Part shown: piece by piece, positions 53,271 through 64,000 of the stretch
How the letters are laid out: every line of letters starts with the position of its first letter
Position numbering within the stretch: position 1 is the stretch's first letter
NCBI GenBank assembly: GCA_963779755.1
Contig: CAVZZO010000003.1
Coordinates: 128,001 to 192,000, forward strand
Direction: 5' to 3'
DNA length: 64,000 bases
DNA from: an uncultured Gemmatimonadales bacterium
GTDB taxonomy: Bacteria > Gemmatimonadota > Gemmatimonadetes > Gemmatimonadales > GWC2-71-9
Notes under the pieces: model-generated
Databases searched by the model: none
The model's input: only the letters and a program-made list of their open reading frames with translations
What the model was told of the DNA's origin: nothing
Program-made: the position numbers and the translations under genes

Positions 53271-54238
53271 GCGATGCTGCGGCGCAGGAGCAGCGCGAAG
53301 AGCGGGACGCCCACCAGCGCCGTCACCACCCCCACCGGCAACTCGGCGGGACGCACGACCGTGCGGGCCAGCGCGTCGGCCAGCACCAGGAAGGCGCCGC
53401 CGGTCACGAACGCCAGGGGGAGCAGCGGCCGGTGCAGTGGGCCCCAGAGCCGCCGGACGGCGTGCGGAATTACCAGGCCGACGAACCCGATCATGCCACA
53501 GACGGCGACGCCCGCCGCCACCAGCAACGAACTGGTGATGTAGACCACCCGTTTGACCCGCTCCACGTCGGCGCCCAGATGCTGAGCAGTCTCCTCCCCC
53601 AGCAGGAGGAGATCGAGCGAGCGGGCGCTCAGGTACAGGATGACCAGGGCCGGGGCGGCATAGGCGGCAAAGACCAGCACGGTCCGCCATGACGCGCCGC
53701 CCAGGCCGCCGAGGAGCCAGAGGAACGCATTGCGGAGTTCCGCCGCCGGGGAGAGCGCGATCAGGGCCGTCATCACGGCGGCCGCGAACGCCCCCACCAC
53801 CACGCCGGCCAGCAGCAGGACGTGGGGATCGAGCCGGCGGCCTTCGACGACGCTCAGGCGGTAGACCAGCCCGACCGCGGCGAGCGCGCCGGCGAATGCC
53901 GCGAGCGGCACGGTCCAGCTGCCGGCGGCATGCAGCGCGATGGCCAGCACCGCGCCCAGTCCCGCTCCACCCGAGAGGCCCAGCAGGTAGGGATCGGCCA
54001 GGGGATTCCGTACCAGCGCCTGCAGCGCCGCGCCGGTAACGGCGAGGCTGCCGCCCACCAGAAAACCGAGCAGCACCCGGGGAACCCGCAGGTCGCGCAC
54101 GATGGCGCTGGAGGGCGCGCGGGAATCGCTGAGCGCGTGCCAGAGGGCGGCCGGCGAAAGCGGAACGGCTCCCACGGCGACGCCGAGCAGCAGACAGGCG
54201 CCCGCAAGCAGCAGCAGAAGCGGCACGCGCCGGTTCAC
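53267..54238 (-). CDS. Cobalamin ABC permease (BtuC/FecCD family)
   Basis: LRVPRVLL, QALVRNPLADPYLLG, IGFVGLVIPH, ELPVGVVTALVG. Confidence 0.93.
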   Translation of the reverse strand: MNRRVPLLLLLAGACLLLGVAVGAVPLSPAALWHALSDSRAPSSAIVRDLRVPRVLLGFLVGGSLAVTGAALQALVRNPLADPYLLGLSGGAGLGAVLAIALHAAGSWTVPLAAFAGALAAVGLVYRLSVVEGRRLDPHVLLLAGVVVGAFAAAVMTALIALSPAAELRNAFLWLLGGLGGASWRTVLVFAAYAAPALVILYLSARSLDLLLLGEETAQHLGADVERVKRVVYITSSLLVAAGVAVCGMIGFVGLVIPHAVRRLWGPLHRPLLPLAFVTGGAFLVLADALARTVVRPAELPVGVVTALVGVPLFALLLRRSIA

Positions 54239-55134
54239 CGCTCCACCGGTTGCAGCGCCCGCGCCAGCCGGCGGATCGCCGCGGGCGCGCGCGGGCTGGG
54301 CCGGGCGAACTCCGAACCCTCGACTACGACGAAGTGGCCTTCGCGCACCGCCCGCACCGCCTGCCACTCCGGGCGCCCCGCGATGGCGGGCGGCTTTCCT
54401 CCCACCCCCAGTACCAGGTCGGGATCGCGCTGGGCGATGGCTTCCAGGCTGACCGGCGCCGATGGGGCGGCGAGGTCGGCGAAGATGTTGCGGCCTCCCG
54501 CCCGGGTCACCATCTCGGAGAGAAAGCTGCCGCCACCGATGGTAATGGGCGGCTGATCCCAGGCCAGGAGCAGCACGCCGGGCGGGTTCGCGGGCGGGGG
54601 CACGGTCGCGTGGCGGAGCCGTCGTTCGTAATCCAGCGCGACCGAATCGGCCCTCGCCGCATGGCCGGTCAAAGTGCCCAGGATCCGGGCCACCCGGGAG
54701 ACATCCTCCAGCCGGTCCACGCTGAGGGTGATGGTCGGAATGTGCAGCTGCGCCAGGCGCGCGGCGGCCGTGCGGTTGGAAGGTGAACGGTAGAGGATGA
54801 CCAGATCGGGCTGGCGGGCGACCACGGCTTCCAGGTTGGGGTTGAGGCCGTCACCCACGCTGGGCACCTCGAGGGCGGCGGCAGGATAGTCGCACCAGGT
54901 GGTGCGTCCTACCGTGGCCGGGCCTGCGCCGATGGCGAAGAGAATCTCGGTGGTGGCCGGCATCAGCGACACCACGCGATGGGCCGGAGCGGCGAGCTGC
55001 AGGGTATCGCCCGCATCGCCAACTACCGTCAGCCGGTGAGGCTGTGCCGGCGACTTGCGGCAGCCGCCCGCCGGCAGCAACAGCAGCGCCGCCCACCCGG
55101 CACACCAGAAATATCGCCCCTGTTGGGTTGCCAA
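54235..55134 (-). CDS. Cobalamin ABC substrate-binding lipoprotein (BtuF-like)
   Basis: RVVSLMPATTEILFAIG, CDYP, PNLEAVVARQPDLV; TTG start with GGAGA RBS. Confidence 0.9.
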   Translation of the reverse strand: MATQQGRYFWCAGWAALLLLPAGGCRKSPAQPHRLTVVGDAGDTLQLAAPAHRVVSLMPATTEILFAIGAGPATVGRTTWCDYPAAALEVPSVGDGLNPNLEAVVARQPDLVILYRSPSNRTAAARLAQLHIPTITLSVDRLEDVSRVARILGTLTGHAARADSVALDYERRLRHATVPPPANPPGVLLLAWDQPPITIGGGSFLSEMVTRAGGRNIFADLAAPSAPVSLEAIAQRDPDLVLGVGGKPPAIAGRPEWQAVRAVREGHFVVVEGSEFARPSPRAPAAIRRLARALQPVER

Positions 55135-55226
55135 AAAAATCTCCGCCAATCCGGGAGGGCAGGCGGAGTCGTCGGGAAGGTCGGACTCACGCCACCGTTC
55201 CCTCCCCCGAGGGATGACATGGTGGC

Positions 55227-55374
55227 GCGAACGGCGAGGTCTCCTGGCTTCGGGCTCTCCGCTCGCCTTCCCGGGGGTTGCCCCCAGTGGCGGTGTGAGC
55301 GGAGGATGTGATGCGCCCGTAACAGTGGCGGGGCCGCGCCGGAATTGCACCGGCTTCCGAGCATCGCCGTTCGC
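55227..55374 (-). ncRNA. Cobalamin riboswitch
   Basis: GGAA-GCCGGTGCAATTCCGGC-GCGGCCCCGCCACTGT ... GCCACTGGG..CCGGGAAGGC ... AGCCAGGAGACC (B12 box), closed by an 11-bp P1; upstream of btuFCD-B. Confidence 0.92.
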
Positions 55375-55398
55375 TGGTCCAGCAGTTGTGGCCGGAGT

Positions 55399-56523
55399 CT
55401 AGGCGCCCGGGCTCCCCCCCGCAAGATGTGCCGCCACTTCGGCCATCAACCGGCGGCGGTCGGCCTGGTAGGCGGCCCATTCCGCCGCCGCCACCTGGCC
55501 CTCGCGTCCGGCGAAGCGGGCATCGAGCTCGGCGATCTGATCGGTGAGCACATCCACCGGGTTACGGGCGGGCATCGCCGGGCGCCGGCGCCGCAGCAGC
55601 ACGATGCCGGCAACCAGCGCCAGACCCACCAGGCCCACCAGGACGGGCAGCACCCACCCGGCCGCGGTGGTGCCGCCGCCGGTTGCCGGCAAATTCACGG
55701 AGACCACCGCCCCGGCGGGCAGCGGACCGGTCCAGCGCCGGAAGGACCGGTTGTCGATCACCTGGGAATCCACCAGGGAGAGCGCCCCGGTGAGGGTTGC
55801 CTTGGGGTCCTCCAGCAGCACCTGGGCCGTGGCGGCCCCGTCCGGAAACCGAAGGGTGAGCTTCCGGCTGGTGGCGGGCAGAATGTATACGGCGGAAACC
55901 TGCTTGTCGCCCGGCGGAATGGGCGCGAACACCAGCAGGCTGTCGTGCTTCACGGCGACCGCTTCGGGGGAGAAGTCGGACTCGCCCGCCTGCACCTCCG
56001 CCGCCTCGGGTGGCAGCGTCCCCACCCAGGACGGGCGGGTGGAATCGGCCCCGATGCGCGTCAGGCCGCCGGGGTTGTGCAATACGCGGAGATCCAGCAC
56101 CTGGCTGAAGCCGCCGGCCTCCGGCTTCCGGACCACCACGTAGCGCGCCTGCATCTGGACGGTGGCGGTATCCGAGGTGTCGGTCACCACCAGCAGCACG
56201 CCGGTATCGGGCTTGGCGGCGCTCAGGCGCAGAGGCTCGGAGAAGAACTCGATGCCCGCGAACCGGGCGCTCAGCAGGAAAACCGCCGAGGTATCTTCGG
56301 GAAACCGGAAGCGGAACCGGCCACCGGGCCCCGCGGGCAAGGAATCCAGCGGGCCCTGCTGCGCGGCGCTGATCCGGTGCAGCACCACCCGCAGGCCCGG
56401 CGCGGCAACACTGTCCTCGCCATGTACCCGCACGACGTGCCCCGCCACCAGGGCCTGCCGTTGGGCGGCCAGGGGCGGGGCAAAGCACGCGACGGCCAGC
56501 GCCGCGGCGGCGAGCCTAGGGAT
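55399..56523 (-). CDS. Hypothetical exported protein with Ig-like domains and a C-terminal TM anchor (start uncertain)
   Basis: Signal-like LAAAALAVACFAPPLAAQ, TM WVLPVLVGLVGLALVAGIVLL and a short helical tail. No ATG/GTG near the signal peptide. Confidence 0.7.
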   Translation of the reverse strand: MPRLAAAALAVACFAPPLAAQRQALVAGHVVRVHGEDSVAAPGLRVVLHRISAAQQGPLDSLPAGPGGRFRFRFPEDTSAVFLLSARFAGIEFFSEPLRLSAAKPDTGVLLVVTDTSDTATVQMQARYVVVRKPEAGGFSQVLDLRVLHNPGGLTRIGADSTRPSWVGTLPPEAAEVQAGESDFSPEAVAVKHDSLLVFAPIPPGDKQVSAVYILPATSRKLTLRFPDGAATAQVLLEDPKATLTGALSLVDSQVIDNRSFRRWTGPLPAGAVVSVNLPATGGGTTAAGWVLPVLVGLVGLALVAGIVLLRRRRPAMPARNPVDVLTDQIAELDARFAGREGQVAAAEWAAYQADRRRLMAEVAAHLAGGSPGA

Positions 56524-57010
56524 TGAAACGGCCGAAGTCCTGCGGATCCAGTTTCTCCAGGTACTGCTTGAGCTTCTCGGCGTTGAGCGCGGCGTCGGCG
56601 GCATCCTCGTCGGGTGTTTCGACCGCGTGCTGATCCAGGAGATTCTCATGGGTGAACACCGGGGCGTTCAGGCGCAGCGCGAGCGCGATGCTGTCGGAGG
56701 GACGGGCATCCAGCTGGAGCACATGATCTTCCCGGCTCAGGGTGAGCTCGGCGAAGTAGGTATTGTCCCGCACTTCCCGGATGGTGACCCGGCGGAGCTG
56801 CGCCCCCAGCCCGAGCACGACCTGTTTCAGCAGGTCGTGCGTCATGGGACGGGGGGCCTTCACACCCTGCATTTCCATGGCGATGGCGCTCGCCTCCGCC
56901 GGACCGATCCAGATGGGGAGCACGCGGGTGCCCTCTTTTTCCCGCAGAATCACCACCGGCGTATTGGTGGCGCGGTCGAGCCCCAGGTGGGCGACCTCGA
57001 CTTCGATCAT
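56516..57010 (-). CDS. Bifunctional nuclease family protein (DUF151)
   Basis: PVVILRE..LPIWIGPAEA..PRPMTHDL..DARPSDSIALA. Confidence 0.94.
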   Translation of the reverse strand: MIEVEVAHLGLDRATNTPVVILREKEGTRVLPIWIGPAEASAIAMEMQGVKAPRPMTHDLLKQVVLGLGAQLRRVTIREVRDNTYFAELTLSREDHVLQLDARPSDSIALALRLNAPVFTHENLLDQHAVETPDEDAADAALNAEKLKQYLEKLDPQDFGRFNP

Positions 57011-57033
57011 GAATCAAGACTAACCATGTCAGC

Positions 57034-57127
57034 GGTGAGGCGTAAGACGTAAGGGGTGATGGGTGAGGCGGGGAAAGGGGAAAGGGGAAAGGGGAAGCCC
57101 GTTTCCCCCTTCCCCTTTCCCTGTTCC
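57034..57127. repeat. Composite heptamer repeat element (CGTAAGR plus GGGGAAA) with inverted arm
   Basis: gtgagg cgtaaga cgtaagg ggtgatg ggtgagg cggggaa aggggaa aggggaa aggggaa ... ttccccc ttcccct ttccctg ttcc. Confidence 0.85.
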
Positions 57128-57164
57128 GCCTACACCTGCCGGCCGGGATCGCGCTGCCCGCGGT

Positions 57165-58603
<1,439 letters not shown>

Positions 58604-58607
58604 GAGT

Positions 58608-59831
58608 TCACCGTGCTGCCGACCGCAACGCCTTGATCCGGTCGGTGCGCTCCCAGGTGAAGTAGTCTATCGTCTTGCCGTTGTCTTTGGCCGTGACCGG
58701 CGTCCGGCCGAAATGGCCGGAGGACGCGGTGCGCTGGTAGATCGGGCGCTTGAGCTTCAGGGCGCTGATAATGCCTTTGGGGGTAAGGTCGAATACCTCG
58801 CGCACCAGCTTTTCCAGCCGGGCATCGGGGAGCTTTCCCGTCCCGAAGGTGTCGACCATGATGCTGACCGGCTCGGCGACCCCGATGGCGTAGGCCACCT
58901 GCACCTCGCAGCGCCGCGCCAGGCCGGCGGCCACGATGTTCTTGGCCACCCAACGGGTGGCGTAGGCCGCGGAGCGGTCCACCTTGGAGGGGTCCTTCCC
59001 GCTGAAGGCGCCGCCGCCGTGCCGGGCCATGCCGCCGTAGGTATCCACGATGATCTTCCGCCCGGTCAGCCCCGCGTCGCCGTGGGGGCCCCCGATGACG
59101 AATCGCCCCGTGGGGTTGATCAGAAAGCGGGTGCGCGAGGTGTCCAGGTCGACCGAGGCAAGCACCGGACGGATGACCTCCTCCGTCACGGCCTCGCGCA
59201 GCGTCGCCGTGGTGAGCTTCTTGCCCCCGTGGCGCTCGGCATGCTGGGTGGAGACCACCACCGTCCGCACCGCCACCGGCTGGTCGCCGGCGTATTCCAC
59301 CGACACCTGGGACTTGCCGTCGGGGCGCAGCCAGGCGATCGCCGCGGCGCCGTCGCCGCCCTTGCGGACCCGGCTGAGCCGCTGGGTGATGCGGTGCGCC
59401 AGGAGAATGGGCATGGGCATCAGGGCGTCGGTTTCCGCCGTGGCGTAGCCGAACATCATGCCCTGGTCTCCCGCGCCCTGCGCGTGGTGATAGCCCTCGT
59501 CCACCCCGCGCGCGATATCGGGCGACTGCCGGTCGAGCGAGGTCAGAACCGCGCAGGTTCTCGCGTCGAACCCGAAGCTCGGGTCGGTATAGCCGATGTC
59601 GGCCACCGTCTGCCGGACCACGTCGGGAATGTGCACGTAGGTCTTGGTCGTGATCTCGCCGGCGATGACCGCCATGCCGGTGGTGACCATGACCTCGCAG
59701 GCCACGCGCGACTCGGGATCGTCGCGCAACATGGCGTCCAGCACGGCATCGGAGATCTGGTCGGCAACCTTGTCAGGGTGGCCTTCGGTGACCGATTCGG
59801 AAGTAAAGACGTGGCGATTGCCCGGCTGCAT
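58608..59831 (-). CDS. metK: S-adenosylmethionine synthetase
   Basis: [35 protein letters not shown]. Confidence 0.98.
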   Translation of the reverse strand: MQPGNRHVFTSESVTEGHPDKVADQISDAVLDAMLRDDPESRVACEVMVTTGMAVIAGEITTKTYVHIPDVVRQTVADIGYTDPSFGFDARTCAVLTSLDRQSPDIARGVDEGYHHAQGAGDQGMMFGYATAETDALMPMPILLAHRITQRLSRVRKGGDGAAAIAWLRPDGKSQVSVEYAGDQPVAVRTVVVSTQHAERHGGKKLTTATLREAVTEEVIRPVLASVDLDTSRTRFLINPTGRFVIGGPHGDAGLTGRKIIVDTYGGMARHGGGAFSGKDPSKVDRSAAYATRWVAKNIVAAGLARRCEVQVAYAIGVAEPVSIMVDTFGTGKLPDARLEKLVREVFDLTPKGIISALKLKRPIYQRTASSGHFGRTPVTAKDNGKTIDYFTWERTDRIKALRSAAR

Positions 59832-59951
59832 GGAAGGGAGTCCCCGCTCAGGAACATGCGCACGCGCGGCGGACCCCGGAAGAGAGGCACCGCCGCCGCG
59901 TTCGCTGGTGACGGCGCCCAAGGCGCCTGCGAGTCGCAGTTGAACCGTGTG

Positions 59952-61751
59952 TCAAAGTAATTCCTTCATACCCGGAGGCAACACGCCGGCGGTCTCCACC
60001 GCGCGCTCGTCGATGAACTCCAGCGCCACCCGGCGCACCGCCGCCAGCACTGCCTCGGCGTTCCCCGCCTGCAGCGCGGCGTCCGCCGCGCGGCGCGCCG
60101 CGTCCAGCGGCATGCGACGCACGATCCATTTCACCCGGGGCAGATCGTGGGGAGACACGCTCAGGATCTCGAAGCCCAGGCCCATCAGCAGCACCGCCGA
60201 CAGGGGGTCGGAGGCCATCTCGCCGCAGATGCTGGCGGGAATGCCGGCCTCGCGCGCCACATCGGCCACCTGCCGCAACTGGCGCACAATGGCCGGGTGA
60301 TGCGGCATGAACCGGCTGGCCAGCCGAGCGTTCCCCCGGTCCACGGCCAGGGTGTACTGGGTCAGGTCGTTGGTGCCCACGCTGAAGAATTCGCTCACCG
60401 CGGCCAGCCGGTCGGCGATCAGCACCGCGGCCGGTGTTTCCACCATGACGCCGAGCGGTACCGACGCGGCCGCGCGCACCCCCTCGGCCTGGAGCGCGGC
60501 GGACTCCTGCTGCATGATGGCCCGGGCGCTCTCTACCTCCTCTACGGTGGTGATGAGCGGCAGCATGAGCTGCAGGTCGCGGCCCACGGCCGCGCGTAGC
60601 ACGGCCCGGATCTGGGTGCGCAGCAGGTCGGGATGGTCAAGGCAGACCCGGATGGCCCGCCAGCCGAGGAAGGGATTGGCCTCGGGCGAGGACTGGAACG
60701 CGGCGGGGAACTTGTCGCCCCCCAGATCGAACGTGCGGACCACCACGCCGCCGGGGTGGAAGGCATCGGCCACCCGGCGGTAGTAGTCCCGCTGTTCGGT
60801 CTCGGTCGGCAGCGCCGTGCGCCCGGTGAGCAGGAATTCGGTCCGCAGCAGCCCGACCCCTTCGGCGCCATGGCGCTGCGCGGCTTCGATCTCCTCCGGC
60901 AGGTCCACATTGCCCATCACCCGGATACGATGGCCGTCGGGGGTGACCACCGGGCCGCGTACCTCCGTATCCATGGACAGCTCGAGGCGCTGGCGACGGC
61001 TGAGCCGGATGCGCGCCTGCTCCAGCTCGGAGGGCGTCGGGTCGATCAGGACGGTACCGCTGTGCCCGTCCAGCAGCAGCATCTGGCCGTCCTGGATGCG
61101 GTCGAGCGCGCCGGAGACGCCCATGACGGCCGGGATCCCCAGCGAGTGCGCCAGGATGGCCGCGTGGGAGGTTCGGGTCCCTTCGACACTGACCAGGCCG
61201 ACCACCGACTCGCGGTCGAGCTGGACGGTCAGCCCCGGAGCCAGCTCGTGCGCCACCGCAATCACGCGATCGGCCGGGTTGCCCACCCAGAGGGGGTCGC
61301 CCCCCTGGCCCATCAACCGGGCCAGCATGCGGACCTGCACGGCGGTAAGATCCACCAGCCGGTCGCGCAGCCGCGCGTTGCCGGTATTGCCCCAGAGATT
61401 CCGCAGCTCCAGCGACTTGAACTCGTAGGCGGTCTCCGCGCTGAGCAGATTGGTGCGGATGAGGTGCTCTACCGCGAGCAGGAATTCCTCGTCTTCGGCC
61501 ATCATGATCTGCGCATCGAAGATGCGCGATTCCTCCTCGCCCGCCCGCTGCAGGACCCGTTGCCGGAGCTCGTCCAGCTCCCGCGCCACCTCCAGCACGG
61601 CGTCGCGCAGCCGCTGGATCTCGGCCTCCACCTGCTCCGCCCCGATGCCGCGATCGGGCACCTCGGGGAAATCCCAGCGCACCACCGCGGCCGCGGCGAG
61701 GGCCACACCCGGCGAGACGCCGATGCCGGAGAGCAGACGGCCGTCGCTCAT
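59952..61751 (-). CDS. ptsI: PTS Enzyme I
   Basis: GTRTSHAAILA, GVGLLRTEF, NPFLGWRAIR, FSVGTNDLTQY, ICGEMA. Confidence 0.96.
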   Translation of the reverse strand: MSDGRLLSGIGVSPGVALAAAAVVRWDFPEVPDRGIGAEQVEAEIQRLRDAVLEVARELDELRQRVLQRAGEEESRIFDAQIMMAEDEEFLLAVEHLIRTNLLSAETAYEFKSLELRNLWGNTGNARLRDRLVDLTAVQVRMLARLMGQGGDPLWVGNPADRVIAVAHELAPGLTVQLDRESVVGLVSVEGTRTSHAAILAHSLGIPAVMGVSGALDRIQDGQMLLLDGHSGTVLIDPTPSELEQARIRLSRRQRLELSMDTEVRGPVVTPDGHRIRVMGNVDLPEEIEAAQRHGAEGVGLLRTEFLLTGRTALPTETEQRDYYRRVADAFHPGGVVVRTFDLGGDKFPAAFQSSPEANPFLGWRAIRVCLDHPDLLRTQIRAVLRAAVGRDLQLMLPLITTVEEVESARAIMQQESAALQAEGVRAAASVPLGVMVETPAAVLIADRLAAVSEFFSVGTNDLTQYTLAVDRGNARLASRFMPHHPAIVRQLRQVADVAREAGIPASICGEMASDPLSAVLLMGLGFEILSVSPHDLPRVKWIVRRMPLDAARRAADAALQAGNAEAVLAAVRRVALEFIDERAVETAGVLPPGMKELL

Positions 61752-62023
61752 GACTCGCCGAACCCCGAGGCGACCAGCTCGGCCAGCGCGTCCACGGCCG
61801 CGCCGGCATCGGGGCCGCGGGCCGTGATGATCACATCGCTGCCGCATTCCGCGGCCAACATCATCACTCCCATGATGCTCTTGCCGTTCACCATCATACC
61901 ATCCTTCCCCAGCTCCACTTCCGCGCCGAAACGGGAGGCCGTCTTCACGAAGAGTGCGGCGGGCCGGGCATGCAGGCCCAGGGGATTCACGATCCGGATT
62001 TCGCGGACTACCTGATCGTCCAT
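61748..62023 (-). CDS. ptsH: Phosphocarrier protein HPr
   Basis: NPLGLHARPAA, NGKSIMGVMML. Confidence 0.96.
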   Translation of the reverse strand: MDDQVVREIRIVNPLGLHARPAALFVKTASRFGAEVELGKDGMMVNGKSIMGVMMLAAECGSDVIITARGPDAGAAVDALAELVASGFGES

Positions 62024-62742
62024 TGCCAGACCAGAGTGAGGAGAAGCGCCGCCAGGGCGAAACGGACGGCGGTTACCTTGGCGCTGAACCGGGCGGAGAG
62101 GCCCAGTCCCACCACAACCACCGTCGCCAGCACCGGGAGGTGCTCCAGCTGGACCGCATGCCAGAGCCAGGCGGCGGTCACGGGGACGGCCGCGCCCACC
62201 AGAAAGGCCGCAGCCGGCCCGAGCCACCGGGCTGCCGCCGGCAGCCAGCTGCCCGCGATCGCCTGGGCCACCCCCATGCCCGCGGCAAGCCCCGTCCGCA
62301 GTGCCCACCAGCCGGTCGCCAGCCGGACGGCGGCATAGATGACGAAGGCCGCTCCCACCGTCCACCAGCCGGCGCCCAGCGCCAGCGCAATCAGCGTGAC
62401 GGAAATCAGGGCCGGCACCAGCCCGCTCCAGAACACCTGGTCGCCCAGCGCGCCAAGGGGGCTGCAGAGGGTCGTCCGCAGCCGGGCGACCTGCGCTCCC
62501 GGCACCTGCTCGTACTCCGCCCGGACCGAGGCGCCCAGGGCGAGCCCGGCAAGATACGGGTGGGCGTTGAAGAACTCGGCCGAGCGCACCACGGCATCCT
62601 TGTACCGGTCGGGGTCGCTCCGGGCCAGTTCCCGCAGCAGGGGCGTGGCCGAGTATCCCATGCCGACGCCCAGCATGCGTTCGTAGTTCCAGGCCCCCTG
62701 CACCGCCAGGAGCCGCAAATAGCTGCGCAGCGTGCCGCTCAC
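62008..62742 (-). CDS. Mannose/fructose/sorbose-family PTS IID component
   Basis: QGAWNYERMLGVG, FFNAHPY, PLGALGDQVFW. Confidence 0.93.
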   Translation of the reverse strand: MSGTLRSYLRLLAVQGAWNYERMLGVGMGYSATPLLRELARSDPDRYKDAVVRSAEFFNAHPYLAGLALGASVRAEYEQVPGAQVARLRTTLCSPLGALGDQVFWSGLVPALISVTLIALALGAGWWTVGAAFVIYAAVRLATGWWALRTGLAAGMGVAQAIAGSWLPAAARWLGPAAAFLVGAAVPVTAAWLWHAVQLEHLPVLATVVVVGLGLSARFSAKVTAVRFALAALLLTLVWQWTIR

Positions 62743-63446
62743 CGGAACCCCGCCACCAGGGTACCGGTGGCCAGGCCGGTCAGCAGCCAGGCAAGACGCC
62801 GTCCCCTCCCGGCGGTGCGCACCGCCCCGCCGATGGCCGAGGCGATCCCGCCGGCCACGGCGACCGTGGTAATCCAGCGGAAGTGTTCCGTGCCCGGCGG
62901 CAGGATGGGCCAGATCACATTGGCCAGCAGCAGCCCGGCCGTGGTCACCGCCAGGCTCCGGGCCAGGTCTCTGCGCAATCCTCCCAGCTGCAGGGCGGCG
63001 ATCGCCTCGGTGTCGCCCGCGGCCAGCGCGGCGGTCCGGCGATCGATGGCTCGCGCGTTGGCGCGGCGGACGGCCTGCATGGCCCAGCCGCCCAGCACGG
63101 CGGTCATGAGGCCCACGCCCACGGCGACGCCCGCGCCGGCCCGGAGGGGCCAGTCCAGCGCGGCGAACACCGCCGCCACGGTGGCCGGCCCATAGTCGGG
63201 ATAGCGCACCGCGCCTACCGGCAGGACGTCGAGCGCATAGAGCTCCAGGATGGCGCCGATGACCAGGCCGGTGCGGACGGCTTCGGCCGGGTGGTCGGGC
63301 AGCACCAGCGCCGCCAGCAGCCCGGCCCCGGTGCCGGCGACCAGGGGCCGGCTCAGGAGAATCTGCGGCACCGAGACAAGGTCGAGGCCGACCACCGTGC
63401 CCCAGAGGAGAAACACGATCAGCAGCGGCAGGATGGAGTGCGTCAT
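62739..63446 (-). CDS. Mannose-family PTS IIC component
   Basis: LDLVSVPQILLSRPLVAG..GLVIGAILEL..LPVGAVRYPD. Confidence 0.9.
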   Translation of the reverse strand: MTHSILPLLIVFLLWGTVVGLDLVSVPQILLSRPLVAGTGAGLLAALVLPDHPAEAVRTGLVIGAILELYALDVLPVGAVRYPDYGPATVAAVFAALDWPLRAGAGVAVGVGLMTAVLGGWAMQAVRRANARAIDRRTAALAAGDTEAIAALQLGGLRRDLARSLAVTTAGLLLANVIWPILPPGTEHFRWITTVAVAGGIASAIGGAVRTAGRGRRLAWLLTGLATGTLVAGFR

Positions 63447-63916
63447 GCCAGTGCCCGCAGTGCCACCGGCGCGGAGGTCGGCAGATCCTGAGCGGAGATC
63501 TCCACGCCGGTGCCGGCCAGGGTTTTCAGCCGTCCCAACTCGTCGTCGGTGAGATAGATGTAGGGCAGGCGCTCGCGCCGGCCGGGCCGGTGATGCAGTC
63601 CGCCGAGGTTGATCCGGGGCACGGCGGCCTCGCCGCCGGCCACCGCCGCCATGGTGTCGATGTCTCCGGTGAGCAGAATGCCGCGGCGCAGGTCGGCCTG
63701 CCAGCGGGGCAACTGGGCGGCCGCTTCGGCTCGCGTTGCGAAGAGCAGGTCCATGTCGGAGGGCACCGCCATGCGATAGAGATCCTGTTCCCAGGGGCTG
63801 GCGGCGACCTCGTCGTCCACCAGGACGATGAACCGCACTCCCATCGGTTGTCCCCACCCGATCACGACCTGCCCATGCACCAGCCGATCATCCACCCGGT
63901 ACAGCGCAATGCTCAC
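63443..63916 (-). CDS. Mannose-family PTS IIB component
   Basis: YRVDDRLVHGQV, INLGG motifs. Confidence 0.94.
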   Translation of the reverse strand: MSIALYRVDDRLVHGQVVIGWGQPMGVRFIVLVDDEVAASPWEQDLYRMAVPSDMDLLFATRAEAAAQLPRWQADLRRGILLTGDIDTMAAVAGGEAAVPRINLGGLHHRPGRRERLPYIYLTDDELGRLKTLAGTGVEISAQDLPTSAPVALRALA

Positions 63917-64000
63917 GCCGGCACCACGATGGCGCGGTGGCCCTGCTGCGCCGCCCGCTCGGCCGCCTGGTCCAGCGGCAGGTCGCGGTGAAAGACGAAG
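63913..64000 (-). CDS. 3' end of a probable mannose-family PTS IIA component (partial)
   Basis: ...FVFHRDLPLDQAAERAAQQGHRAIVVPA* with GTGA overlap to IIB; assigned from context. Confidence 0.6.
   Translation of the reverse strand, partial: FVFHRDLPLDQAAERAAQQGHRAIVVPA

Overview
A gene-dense, very GC-rich stretch of core chromosome from a diderm bacterium. Gene content and order suggest Gemmatimonadota, which is an inference only. From left to right it holds: a partial secreted esterase; a Na/Ca antiporter; surE-pcm-dedA-acyP-apt; tRNA-Arg(CCT); a TPR protein; and a ~730-bp gene-free gap with a textbook XerC/XerD dif site (6495-6522) where gene orientation flips. The window therefore very likely spans the replication terminus. 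After the gap most genes are on the minus strand: dapF; a membrane glycosylation cluster; rpoN; lptB/A/C; kdsD/C/A, pyrG and kdsB; an ABC exporter; xerD; a DedA-TerB fusion; ispF; futalosine-pathway mqnC/A/E; a MerR-HTH/TPR gene with Ku and a frameshifted LigD (NHEJ); tRNA-Ser(CGA); marR-yceI; tadA; clpB; prolyl oligopeptidase; selB; recO; a cobalamin-riboswitch-controlled uptake operon; ahcY; metK; and a mannose-family PTS. I found no integrase, transposase, prophage or CRISPR array. The most notable non-genic signals are the dif site with two adjacent DnaA-box-like 9-mers, a 90-bp-period tandem array ~4 kb from dif, about 15 hairpin elements built from 7/8/9-mer tandem repeats (two read in-frame inside lptC and ispF), a single-C frameshift in ligD, several apparently leaderless promoters and a probable CTG start codon. 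All calls come from reading the sequence by eye; no searches were run.
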